Below are positions 55,457 through 64,000 of a stretch of DNA of 64,000 nucleotides, in pieces. The translations under genes and the position numbers were made by a program. The first letter of the stretch is position 1. Every line of letters begins with the position of its first letter. This stretch comes from a virus: positions 1,647 through 65,646 of IMG/VR virus record IMGVR_UViG_2754412344_000002. One strand, written 5' to 3'. The notes beneath the pieces are model-generated. The model worked only from the letters and a program-made list of their open reading frames with translations. It searched no databases and was not told where the DNA came from.

Positions 55457-57705
55457 TGGATCTCAGCGCGATCATCCTTGCATCTGGTCGCAAGCACAAC
55501 CTTGACCCGAACTTGATTAACGCTGTCGTACAGCAGGAATCAGGTGGGAACCCGTCTGCCTGGAACAAAGCAGGTGGGGGACAAGGAGCTGCCGGTCCAA
55601 TGCAAGTGCGCGCGCCTGCCCTGTCTGACTACAACGCCGCAAATGGTACCAAGTACACGATGCAGGACCTCACCAATCCGCAGGTTGGCGTTGAAGTTGG
55701 ATCGTGGTACCTCGGACAGCAGCTTGATCGATTCAACGATCCACGAAAGGCCGTAGCAGCATACAAAGACGGTGCGGGATCCCAGCAAGCGCAAACGGGG
55801 AATAGCCCGTATGCGCAGCAAGTTTTTGGACGGCTCAATATGCCTCAGAAACAACAACCGTCGTCGCTCCCGGGAATTCCCGTGATGCAGCCGGCATCCG
55901 CGCAAGGCTCTGATCCGTTCTCAAGCTTGGCTGTTGACGGACAGAATAAGCCGACTGCTCCTGCTGCGGGCGGCAATGATCCGTTCTCGTCTCTGCCTGT
56001 GGAACCGAAACAAGGCGCCCAGCAGGCTGCACAGCCAGCCCCTCAATCGCCGGCTGCACTGGGTCAACAACAGGGAAGCCTCGAATCTTTTGCAGCTGGT
56101 TTGGGTAAAGGTTTCGGCTCTACCGTTCTCGGCGCCCAACAACTGTTGGGCCACGGACTGCAATCACTCGGCTCGAATTCGCAAGGCATGACGCAAGGCG
56201 GCAGCGATCTTATGGGTATGATCGGCCGCGCAGGCAATTGGCTTGTGAATGATGCAAATACGGGCCTGAAGAATCTGAATCAGCAATACTCGCCCTATTC
56301 TCAAGCGCATCCAATTGCTGCGGGCGCTGGCAATATTGGTGGATCCCTTGTCGCAACCGCCCCGCTTGCTGCCGCTGCTCCAGTAGCGCGCGGCTATTTC
56401 GGGGCCGCTGGAATCGGCGCGGGACTTGGCGCCGCCACGGGAGCGCTCACGCCGGTTGAAAATGACCATCCAGCGAATCTGACTTCACTTGTCACGGGAC
56501 AGCAACCGACGGATTTCTGGAAGGAAAAGCTCAATCAGATCGGCCTTGGGGCTGCCACAGGCGGCGCAATGTCACCGCTTGCTATGCTAGCTGGCCGCGT
56601 AATTTCGCCGCAAGTTTCAGATGACGTGAAGACCCTGATCGAATCGGGCGTCACGCCCACTCCCGGCCAGATCCTTGGCGGCGGTTTTGCAAAAACAGAA
56701 GACAAACTTACTAGCATTCCTGTCCTTGGCGACATGATCAAGAATGCTCAGCAGCGGGCAGTTGGGCAGTTCAATGCTGCTACATACAACAATGCTCTTG
56801 CACCGATTGGCAAGACATTTAATGGGAAAATCGGCCAAGAAGGGATCGAACAAGTAGGCAATTCAATTAGTGATGTATATGATTCCGTTTTGCCTAAAAT
56901 GCAGTTTAAGGTTGACCCACAATTCCAAGCTGATATCACAAATCTTGGTTCCCTTGCTCAGGGTTTGCCAGACGCTCAAGCAAAAACGTTTATGAGCGTT
57001 TTGAAGAATCAAATTTTTAGCAAAATGTCTCCGCAAGGTTCCATGGATGGCGAAACGCTTAAAGGCGTGCAAAGTGAACTCGCGCGAAAGGCAAACGGGT
57101 ACCTCGGCGATGCTTCTTTTGATAATCGCGAACTGGGAGCGGCAATCAGCGAAATTCGAAATGCTGTTGATGACAATCTTTCTCGCGTTAATCCCCCTGA
57201 TCTAGCCCAGCAATTAGCCAATGCCAATTCTGCGTGGGCTAGATTCACGCGCTTACGCACTGCCGCAGCATCGCAAGGCGCAATGAACAATGAGGGCGTT
57301 TTCACGGCAGCAATGCTTAACAGAGCTGTGCGATCAGCGGATCAAAGCGTAGGCAAGGGCGCGACCGCCACAGGAAATGCATTAATGCAGGATTTGGCCG
57401 GGGCGGGCCAAAGAGTTCTTGGTGCAAAATATCCAGACTCCGGAACCATTGGGCGTGGATTAATGACGCTGTTGGCGCCCACAGGAATTGCGGCAGGCTT
57501 TGCTACCCAACCGGTGGCAACCGCAGCAACTTTAGGCGGCATCGGGCTGGGGTCCCTGCCTTATACCCAACTTGGGCAGCGAGCCACCTCCGCATTACTT
57601 ACGTCGCGCCCACAGTTTGCCCAACCGGTAGCCAACGCGGTATCGAAGCTCGGCCCGAAAGTCGTAGCCGGGAGCTTGCCGGCGCTGCTTTCGCTCGGCC
57701 AGTGA
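55456..57705 (+). CDS. Ejection protein with N-terminal lytic transglycosylase domain, gp16-like
   Basis: AVVQQESGG, A.GPMQV, YL...LDRF.....AVAAY..G. Confidence 0.85.
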   Translation: MDLSAIILASGRKHNLDPNLINAVVQQESGGNPSAWNKAGGGQGAAGPMQVRAPALSDYNAANGTKYTMQDLTNPQVGVEVGSWYLGQQLDRFNDPRKAVAAYKDGAGSQQAQTGNSPYAQQVFGRLNMPQKQQPSSLPGIPVMQPASAQGSDPFSSLAVDGQNKPTAPAAGGNDPFSSLPVEPKQGAQQAAQPAPQSPAALGQQQGSLESFAAGLGKGFGSTVLGAQQLLGHGLQSLGSNSQGMTQGGSDLMGMIGRAGNWLVNDANTGLKNLNQQYSPYSQAHPIAAGAGNIGGSLVATAPLAAAAPVARGYFGAAGIGAGLGAATGALTPVENDHPANLTSLVTGQQPTDFWKEKLNQIGLGAATGGAMSPLAMLAGRVISPQVSDDVKTLIESGVTPTPGQILGGGFAKTEDKLTSIPVLGDMIKNAQQRAVGQFNAATYNNALAPIGKTFNGKIGQEGIEQVGNSISDVYDSVLPKMQFKVDPQFQADITNLGSLAQGLPDAQAKTFMSVLKNQIFSKMSPQGSMDGETLKGVQSELARKANGYLGDASFDNRELGAAISEIRNAVDDNLSRVNPPDLAQQLANANSAWARFTRLRTAAASQGAMNNEGVFTAAMLNRAVRSADQSVGKGATATGNALMQDLAGAGQRVLGAKYPDSGTIGRGLMTLLAPTGIAAGFATQPVATAATLGGIGLGSLPYTQLGQRATSALLTSRPQFAQPVANAVSKLGPKVVAGSLPALLSLGQ

Positions 57706-57774
57706 GCATTTGATACCGTAAATGACAGCTGTACCAACTGCCATTCCGATGGCATGAAATTCTGATTCGGTCAT
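57595..57774 (-). CDS. Small counter-oriented protein with N-terminal hydrophobic helix (59 aa)
   Basis: MTESEFHAIGMAVGTAVIYGIK...YRLGKLWARRK*; overlaps 3' end of ejection gene; read manually. Confidence 0.45.
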   Translation of the reverse strand: MTESEFHAIGMAVGTAVIYGIKCSLAERKQRRQAPGYDFRAELRYRVGYRLGKLWARRK

Positions 57775-57835
57775 AGGTCTAGTCGAGCCTCAAATCGACG
57801 GGCGGCCCGTCAAAAAGTCTCCAGAGGGCAGAGAC
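57775..57835 (+). ncRNA. Pseudoknot RNA motif, copy 2 (upstream of lysis cassette)
   Basis: AGGTCT-A-GTCGA/TCGAC hairpin-...GCCCGTCAA AAA GTCTC CAGA GGGC A GAGAC. Confidence 0.7.
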
Positions 57836-57891
57836 AGGTAGGCGAACTGCTGTTCGCTTACGTGATTCTACCTCTCTGCTTCGAGATTTAC

Positions 57892-58089
57892 ATGAAAGAT
57901 CCGGCCGCAATCAGCACGGCAGCATCGACGCCCGCAGTGGCGGTAACGGCGGCCCATTGGTTCGGGGCACATATCCCCGAATACGTGATGGTCGCTACGG
58001 CCGTCCTTACGACTATCAATCTTGCGGCGTGGGTTTATAAATTCCTGCGCTGGGCCGTCGGCAAAGAGGCTCCGCATGGCAACGATTGA
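57892..58089 (+). CDS. Holin-like membrane protein
   Basis: 65 aa with TM segment YVMVATAVLTTINLAAWVY; overlaps endolysin start. Confidence 0.65.
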   Translation: MKDPAAISTAASTPAVAVTAAHWFGAHIPEYVMVATAVLTTINLAAWVYKFLRWAVGKEAPHGND

Positions 58090-58576
58090 CGCCCAAACTG
58101 CGGGCGGTAAAAACCGCGTCGCACTGCTTGATGTGATCGCTAATAGCGAGATCGGCCCAGCGCTTCTCGCCATTCCAGAGACGGACAACGGGTATCTGGT
58201 TTTGGTTGGAGCTACGCCGCAAAACCCGCTGACATTCAGCAATTTCGCGAAGCACCCGAACATTTATAACGCGCAATGCGGGTCTACAGCAGCCGGACGA
58301 TATCAGATCCTGTATCGCTGGTGGGTGATCTACCAAAAGCGACTCAATTTGCCCGATTTCTCGCCGTTGTCTCAAGACAAGTACGCCCTTCAACAGTTCA
58401 AAGAACGTGGCGCACTTCCACTAATTGACGCCGGGAATCTCCAGGGAGCGCTGGCAAAACTCAACAACATTTGGGCGAGTTTGCCTGGATCTCCGTACGG
58501 ACAACATACCAATTCATATGCGCCGCTTGAGGCTGCGTATCTGGCCGCAGGGGGAACCCTTTCACAAGGTAGTTGA
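58076..58576 (+). CDS. Endolysin, lambda R-like (GH104)
   Basis: LD.IA.SE, STAAGRYQIL, DFSPLSQD, WASLPGSPYGQ. Confidence 0.92.
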   Translation: MATIDAQTAGGKNRVALLDVIANSEIGPALLAIPETDNGYLVLVGATPQNPLTFSNFAKHPNIYNAQCGSTAAGRYQILYRWWVIYQKRLNLPDFSPLSQDKYALQQFKERGALPLIDAGNLQGALAKLNNIWASLPGSPYGQHTNSYAPLEAAYLAAGGTLSQGS

Positions 58577-58577
58577 T

Positions 58578-58805
58578 ATGGATAAAACCTCCAGCTTCGT
58601 AACCGGCGGCGTCACGTTAAGCGCTGCAACTATCGAGCCTCTCGTCGCATGGGGAATGGGTGGGTTTCACGCTCCTGTCCCGGCTTCAGTTCCGCTTGTA
58701 GTGGCATCCCTCGCGATTACTGGACTCCACGCCGCGTACAACCTTTTGCGCGCCCGCTTTGCTGCTAAGGCAGCAGCGAAGGTCGCTCCCGCAGTTCAAC
58801 AGTAA
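58578..58805 (+). CDS. Small membrane protein in lysis cassette
   Basis: 75 aa, hydrophobic segments. Confidence 0.65.
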   Translation: MDKTSSFVTGGVTLSAATIEPLVAWGMGGFHAPVPASVPLVVASLAITGLHAAYNLLRARFAAKAAAKVAPAVQQ

Positions 58806-58814
58806 GGAATGGAA

Positions 58815-59234
58815 ATGAAGAAGCTTATCGCAATTGCTGCCCTCATCGCTCTCACCGCATGTACTGCGGCCCAGCAACAGAACGCCGCCACTCTGGCTGC
58901 CAATGCTCAAAAACAAGTTGGTAACGCGTGTTTGGTGGTGCAGCCGACTCTTGCCGATCTGAGCGCCTCCATGCCGGCAGATGAAAATCTGGCGAAACTG
59001 ACTGCTGCGAACGCCAAAATTTGCACTGCCGTTGCGTCGCTCAATGTCGCGAATGCGCAAAGCCTGATCGATACCGTGATCCCGCAAGCGATCGGTCTCG
59101 TGTCGCTGCTTCCGATTGATCCCGCGACCCAAACGACGATCAAAATTGCGTTGGGTGCGGCATCGCTCGCCCTCTCGAATTGGCTGATGGTCTACGGTCA
59201 GCCCGCGGCAACTGTCGCCCCCGCATCGGCATGA
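58815..59234 (+). CDS. Lipoprotein with hydrophobic C-terminal helix (spanin candidate)
   Basis: Lipobox LTAC; C-terminal IKIALGAASLALSNWLMVYG. Confidence 0.7.
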   Translation: MKKLIAIAALIALTACTAAQQQNAATLAANAQKQVGNACLVVQPTLADLSASMPADENLAKLTAANAKICTAVASLNVANAQSLIDTVIPQAIGLVSLLPIDPATQTTIKIALGAASLALSNWLMVYGQPAATVAPASA

Positions 59235-59953
59235 TCGACTTCGATCAAATCCTTGCGGCGGCAGAACGTGCCAACGCTGCGTATTTGGACACGACGGATA
59301 AGGCGCGCGCCGCGTTCGTCACTCTCGGCCTAGAATTTCTGGGTCAGTACCAAAACGCATCGCATCAAGCATGTTTGTCTCGCGATGCTGATAACGTCTA
59401 TCTGTCCATCTCTGGTACCCGGTTCAGCCAGAGAAAAATCGGCGATCTGTTCAGCGATATCGACCTTGATCCGATAGATGTTGGCGGCGGAGCAAAGGTC
59501 ACAGCGGGTGCCTACGAGGGCATGTCGGATATGTGGGAATGGGCGCGCGACATCGTGAATGATGATGTCGTGTGGAACGTCGAAGGACATAGTCTCGGCG
59601 CTTGGCGAACGCGCTATACCCCTCTGTTCGTGAAGCCGGAGAAGATTGGAAAGCTCCATAGTTTCGAATCCCCCAAGGGCGCGAATCGCGAGTACTGGCA
59701 GAAATACGAAGGTGAGTTGGCTTCGATGGTTTCTGTTGTGAATGGGCGTGATTGCTGGGTCAGTTGGCCGTTCAAAATTATCAACGACTGGGCGGTTCAT
59801 CCCGACCGAGATTTCATCTGGCTGAGCGCTAATTCATTTTCGATTGCCACGCCAGATACATGGCCCGGGGGTTTTTCCGCTCGTGACCATGATATGGACT
59901 TGGTAGAGCAACGAATCCGCGTCCTCGCGCAAAGCGGTAAGGAAGCGGCTTAA
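59231..59953 (+). CDS. Lipase class 3-like alpha/beta hydrolase
   Basis: ISGTR...D...D, V..GAY, VEGHSLGA nucleophile elbow, C-terminal DHDM. Confidence 0.85.
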   Translation: MIDFDQILAAAERANAAYLDTTDKARAAFVTLGLEFLGQYQNASHQACLSRDADNVYLSISGTRFSQRKIGDLFSDIDLDPIDVGGGAKVTAGAYEGMSDMWEWARDIVNDDVVWNVEGHSLGAWRTRYTPLFVKPEKIGKLHSFESPKGANREYWQKYEGELASMVSVVNGRDCWVSWPFKIINDWAVHPDRDFIWLSANSFSIATPDTWPGGFSARDHDMDLVEQRIRVLAQSGKEAA

Positions 59954-59958
59954 GCAAC

Positions 59959-60015
59959 AGGTCTAGCCGACCTAATCGGCGGAAGCCCGTTAAGCAGTCT
60001 CCCTAGGGCAGAGAC
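59959..60015 (+). ncRNA. Pseudoknot RNA motif, copy 3 (upstream of RBP2)
   Basis: AGGTCT-A-GCCGA/TCGGC hairpin-GGAA-GCCCGTTAA GCA GTCTC CCTA GGGC A GAGAC. Confidence 0.7.
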
Positions 60016-60070
60016 AACCGGCACAACCGGCATGAGGCGCCACGCGCTTGTTTCTGATCTAGGTATAAAA

Positions 60071-62458
60071 ATGTCAGCTTCCTTGCTGCCTAACGCCAAA
60101 ACACAATTTCTCGACGGGAATGGGAAGCCATTGGCTGGAGGTCAGGTCTTCTTCTACATTCCCAACACCAGCACCAAAAAAGACACGTATCAGGATCCGG
60201 CGCAAACGATTCTGAATACCAACCCTGTCATTCTTGACGCGAGTGGTGAAGCGCTCATTTGGGGCAGCGGCACATATCGGCAAGTCGTCTACGATCAGAA
60301 TAACAACCTGATCTGGGATCAAATTACCCAAGATGCAAATGCGTCTCTGACTGGCAATCTTGTCGACAAGGTGTACGTCGCAGGCACGGATTTTACGCCG
60401 GGTGTCACGACTCAGCTTACTTTGCCTGCCGCGCCTGGTTCCGTAACGAACACATGGGTATTCTTCGACGCTGCCTATCAGGACGATACGCAGATTCAGT
60501 CGATCGTCGGCACGACTCTCACCTTCAATTCTGCGATTCCGATCGGCATTACCAAAGTCACGGTCAAGATCGGGACAACAGTTGCGATCGGAATTCCTGG
60601 GAATGGCACTATCACCGATTCGATGGTAGCCACTGGTTCGAAACTCTCGAACCGGCTGAAGTACATCGTCTATGCTCAAGACTTCGGCGCAGTTGGCAAC
60701 TGGAACGGCGTTACTGGCACGAACGACACCGCAGCGATTCAAAGCGCTCTGAACAGTTTCACCATTGCGGGGGGTACGCTTCATCTCGGCAACCTCTCCT
60801 ATCTCGTGGATTCGCTCACGATCCCGCAAAACGTTAGTATCGTGGGCGACATGGAGAATCCAGAGCAGACAATCGAATCGGCGAGTCAGAACTATTACTC
60901 GTGGGGATCTCAGCTCTGTTTGACAAGCGGATCGACTATTACGATGAACCAAGGATCCGCCATGCGAGGCGTCCTTGTGATCCGTCAAGGTCTTTCGCTA
61001 CCCGTCACGACTGATGCTCAGGCGACTACTGTTATTGGGCAATTCTCTGGTACCGGCCTGACGGTTGCTGGCACGGGCGTAAAGCTGGAAGATGTAATGC
61101 TGCTTGGCCACACTCAAGCAGTAACGGTCACGACGAATAACACTACGCAGGGCCGGTTTTACATGACCAATGTTCACATCGATTCGACGAACGGTGTGAG
61201 CATCAGTGGTGCATATGACCTCTGCCGACTGTTTGCGGTGCATTGCTGGCCTTTTCTGACTGTCGATGTTCCGGGGATCTCTAACGCAAATCTGGCACGC
61301 AGCGGCGTAGCGTTTTCGCTTGATACGATCGATGATTGGACGCAACTGATCTCGTGCTTTGGATATGGATACAGCACCACCTACAAGGTATTGAGTGCCA
61401 ATAATATCGGGTTCATTGGCTGCCAAAGCGATACATCGGGGTCTGCATACACGACGTACGGATGGGACATTCAAGGCTCGTCTATCTACACGCATCTCGA
61501 AGGGTGCATGCAGAATGGCGCCGCAACATGTCTTCACATCAATACAACCGGAACTTGGCCTGAAGTTCGGACGGTCAACTGTAACTGGAATGCAGGAACA
61601 ACCTGTATTGACGTGACTGCGGGGCGCCTCCAGTCTTGCAACGATGTTTTCCATTCTGGTAATCAAGGCATTGGATTCGCACCGGCTACCGTCGCGGGTT
61701 GCTCGGTTATTTCGCCTTACTTTATCAATGTGGCGACGCCGTGGAACTTTGCGAGCAGCGCCATCTCGCAGACCGTTTCTATTGTCGCGCCATCGTTCGG
61801 GAATAATGTATCCCCTAACCCCAGTACGATTCTCAGTAATCTCGCGCTCATCAGTCAGCAATCAGCGACCGCAGGTAATGGCCCGCAGCTGATGTTCAAT
61901 GGGAACTACGGAACATACACCGGTATTTGGGGCCAATGGCAACCACGACTTGTTAGCGGCACCGTTGGTGCTGAAGCAACTGATACGGTCTATTCGTCGT
62001 ATCGCAGTGGCGCATTGATCGATCGTTTGATGATCCATCATGACGGTCACTTGTATCCGGCTCAGGACAATGCCTATACATGCGGTGGGCCGTCCAATCG
62101 CTGGACTATTGTCTATGCGGTCAATGGAACCATTCAGACCTCGGATGAGAATGAAAAGGAAGATTTTCGGGCGATCGATGATGTATTGCTTGATGCTTTC
62201 GCATCGCTCACTCCCGTTCAATTCCGGTGGAAAGAGTCTGGTGATCGCCGCTGGCGGATCGGCTACAAAGCTCAGGACTTGGAACGGGCCTTGATCGAGC
62301 GTGGCGCTAATCCCGCAGATTATTCGGTATGGTCTAACGAGGAAATTATCGAAGACGGCAAGCCAACCGGGAAATTCCGCCAAGGGCTTGACTATAACCA
62401 GATCGCTGTCTTGCGCGATGCTCTCTCGCGCCGCAACGAATCAAATGGAGTTCACTAA
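60071..62458 (+). CDS. Tailspike/receptor-binding protein 2 with C-terminal Peptidase_S74 chaperone
   Basis: QFLDGNGKPLAGGQVFFYIPNT head-binding-like N-terminus; DFGAVG beta-helix entry; SDENEKEDF...FRWK...IGYKAQDL. Confidence 0.88.
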   Translation: MSASLLPNAKTQFLDGNGKPLAGGQVFFYIPNTSTKKDTYQDPAQTILNTNPVILDASGEALIWGSGTYRQVVYDQNNNLIWDQITQDANASLTGNLVDKVYVAGTDFTPGVTTQLTLPAAPGSVTNTWVFFDAAYQDDTQIQSIVGTTLTFNSAIPIGITKVTVKIGTTVAIGIPGNGTITDSMVATGSKLSNRLKYIVYAQDFGAVGNWNGVTGTNDTAAIQSALNSFTIAGGTLHLGNLSYLVDSLTIPQNVSIVGDMENPEQTIESASQNYYSWGSQLCLTSGSTITMNQGSAMRGVLVIRQGLSLPVTTDAQATTVIGQFSGTGLTVAGTGVKLEDVMLLGHTQAVTVTTNNTTQGRFYMTNVHIDSTNGVSISGAYDLCRLFAVHCWPFLTVDVPGISNANLARSGVAFSLDTIDDWTQLISCFGYGYSTTYKVLSANNIGFIGCQSDTSGSAYTTYGWDIQGSSIYTHLEGCMQNGAATCLHINTTGTWPEVRTVNCNWNAGTTCIDVTAGRLQSCNDVFHSGNQGIGFAPATVAGCSVISPYFINVATPWNFASSAISQTVSIVAPSFGNNVSPNPSTILSNLALISQQSATAGNGPQLMFNGNYGTYTGIWGQWQPRLVSGTVGAEATDTVYSSYRSGALIDRLMIHHDGHLYPAQDNAYTCGGPSNRWTIVYAVNGTIQTSDENEKEDFRAIDDVLLDAFASLTPVQFRWKESGDRRWRIGYKAQDLERALIERGANPADYSVWSNEEIIEDGKPTGKFRQGLDYNQIAVLRDALSRRNESNGVH

Positions 62459-63462
62459 TGAAGAAAATTCTTGCTTTTGTGGCACTCACATATTCGGCAT
62501 TTGCGCTGAGTGCGACGCAAGTCCCGGTTCAACTGCTGAACCCCGCGGGATCGACGGCTGGTCAAACCATCGTATCGACAGGTCCCGCGACTGCTCCCGG
62601 ATGGGCGACCGTTCCTCTTTCTGGCCTATCCTCGATCGCATCAAATACGGTTCTTGCTAACGCAACGGCTTCTGCTGCTGCGCCCTCAGCCTTCTCAATG
62701 CCGAGCTGTAGTTCGACCGGCAACGCGCTGAACTGGACGACCAATACGGGCTTTACTTGCCAAACTGGACTTGCGCCGCTGGCGTCGCCAACTTTCACGG
62801 GAACGGCGACGGTTGCCAATATCACTGCAACTGGGACTATCACGGGATTCCCCGGGCGGCTTCTTGCCGTTCAGGTATTTTCTGCCAGCGGAACATATAC
62901 GCCGACAACTGGCACCGGCCGCGCAATCATCCGCGTGCAAGCGCCGGGTGGTGGTGGTGGTGGCTCAACGACGACCGGATCGGGCCAAGTCTCGATCGCG
63001 CAAGGTGGCTCAGCCGGATCTTATGCTGAGGTGTATTGGACGAGCCCTAGTTCGCAGACCGTGACGATTGGTGCAGTAGGCGCAGCGGGAGCTGCTGGTG
63101 GCTCTGGGGGTACTGGTGGAACAACGAGCGTTGGCGCAATCGTATCGTGCCCGGGTGGAATTGGGGGGGCGACTCAAGCCGCAAGTACGCCACCTCTCGC
63201 AAATGGTGGTGCAGCGGCACCTTCTGCTTGTACGGTTAGTGGTGCAACGCTGACGCTTTCGCGTCAGGGGTCTGCTGGTCAGGTTGGTGCTGCGCTTAGC
63301 GCTACTCAATACTGGCCCGTTCAGGGCGGCATTTCATCGTGGGGTGCTTATACGACCGGCTACGGATTCGGCGGCTTTGGTAGTGCGATCGGTCAAAGTA
63401 CGAGCGGAGCAGCCGGTTCGGCTGGCGGCGCTGGATTCATCATTGTGTACGACTACCAATGA
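62458..63462 (+). CDS. Gly-rich tail-fibre-like protein with Sec signal peptide
   Basis: MKKILAFVALTYSAFALS|A; LAPLASPTFTG; GRLLAVQVFSASGTYTP...GGGGGGS...GAGG.GFIIVYDY. Confidence 0.8.
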   Translation: MKKILAFVALTYSAFALSATQVPVQLLNPAGSTAGQTIVSTGPATAPGWATVPLSGLSSIASNTVLANATASAAAPSAFSMPSCSSTGNALNWTTNTGFTCQTGLAPLASPTFTGTATVANITATGTITGFPGRLLAVQVFSASGTYTPTTGTGRAIIRVQAPGGGGGGSTTTGSGQVSIAQGGSAGSYAEVYWTSPSSQTVTIGAVGAAGAAGGSGGTGGTTSVGAIVSCPGGIGGATQAASTPPLANGGAAAPSACTVSGATLTLSRQGSAGQVGAALSATQYWPVQGGISSWGAYTTGYGFGGFGSAIGQSTSGAAGSAGGAGFIIVYDYQ

Positions 63463-64000
63463 TTGTCGATTCAGGCGATCAATGAACTTCCTGCCGAATT
63501 TCTGCCCCGGCCGCTCGACGTAGCGTTCCGTCAGTGTGCCGGCGATCCCCACCAGCACGAACGTCACTACGATCAAGAACAGCAGTCCGGCCAACGGCGA
63601 GAGAGACATGCTCGGTAGAACGTGGTGCGACAGCAGCAGCACGATCGGCAGATGCAGCAGGTACACACTAAAGCTGATTTTCCCGAACCACTCCGTCACC
63701 GGGTTCACGAGCAGCACGTTCGAGTGCACGCCGAGCGACAGGATGATCGTTACAAACGAGAATTCATAGAGCAGCTGGTGCGGCAGGAATCGAACCGCCC
63801 CGCCGCCGATGTATAGCGCCGTCATGAACGCGAGGCCGCTCACCATCAGCATGCGCGCACCGGCTCGCGAGATCGGCAGGCGACTCAGGAAGAAGCCGGC
63901 GATGCCGAACGCAAACGCCGACATCTGGTTCGGAAACCAGAAGTAGGCGTAGGGTGGAAAGGCCTTCGTCAGTTCTGGGTGCCCAACAAGCCAGAGCGTC
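63334..64000 (-). CDS. Acyltransferase family 3 (OafA-like O-antigen/polysaccharide O-acyltransferase), runs off window
   Basis: Polytopic membrane protein with W.GKISFSVYLLH and TERYVERP motifs; counter-oriented at prophage end. Confidence 0.85.
   Translation of the reverse strand, partial: TLWLVGHPELTKAFPPYAYFWFPNQMSAFAFGIAGFFLSRLPISRAGARMLMVSGLAFMTALYIGGGAVRFLPHQLLYEFSFVTIILSLGVHSNVLLVNPVTEWFGKISFSVYLLHLPIVLLLSHHVLPSMSLSPLAGLLFLIVVTFVLVGIAGTLTERYVERPGQKFGRKFIDRLNRQSLVVVHNDESSAASRTGCSARTLTDRTTKAAESVAGRISTPR

Larger units (their letters stand above)
8180..64000. mobile_element. Prophage 2, temperate P22-like podovirus architecture, integrated in dusA
   Basis: Integrase divergent from dusA, cI/cro switch, replication, terminase, portal, coat, ejection, lysis and tailspike genes; other att outside window. 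Confidence 0.92.

Noticed and set aside
43635-60015. Pseudoknot motif as a twister, pistol or HDV-like ribozyme or a known riboswitch
   Set aside because: Partial resemblance (GGUC..AAGCCC..AGGG) but the order of pairings and catalytic-core residues do not fit by eye; needs cmscan to exclude fully
8160-64000. Second att site (native dusA 5' fragment) of prophage 2, and second att of prophage 1
   Set aside because: No second copy of the APMLDW-coding core or of the tRNA-His 3' end seen; both lie outside the window

Overview
Chromosomal window from a high-GC betaproteobacterium (Burkholderia-like; inferred from DusA and the phage gene content). Two prophages sit back-to-back around a host tRNA-His + dusA islet. 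(1) 1-~7050 is the right end of a prophage integrated at the tRNA-His 3' end. It appears to have a large internal deletion at ~1310 that fuses a headless DUF2184 capsid gene to the tail of an early-operon ATPase gene. (2) ~8180->64000 is a visibly lower-GC temperate podovirus-like prophage inserted in the 5' end of dusA by a DusA-associated integrase. It has a lambdoid cI/cro switch, ERF/YqaJ/NinB recombination genes, a primase-helicase, P22-like terminase/portal/scaffold/coat/ejection genes, a lysis cassette, two receptor-binding proteins and an O-acyltransferase; its far att site lies beyond the window. The most unusual content is RNA-centred. A phage-encoded Ro60/TROVE protein is preceded by three tandem Y-RNA-like genes, one a circularly permuted tRNA mimic that keeps an anticodon loop, behind a boxA and a highly structured leader. 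A late-region cluster holds two real tRNAs plus non-canonical cloverleaves. A covarying pseudoknot motif is repeated three times in front of late genes. A TnpB with a rearranged RuvC site has no left end and no TnpA, and borrows its start codon and a candidate promoter from the phage flank. All calls are by eye from sequence and the ORF track; no database searches were run.
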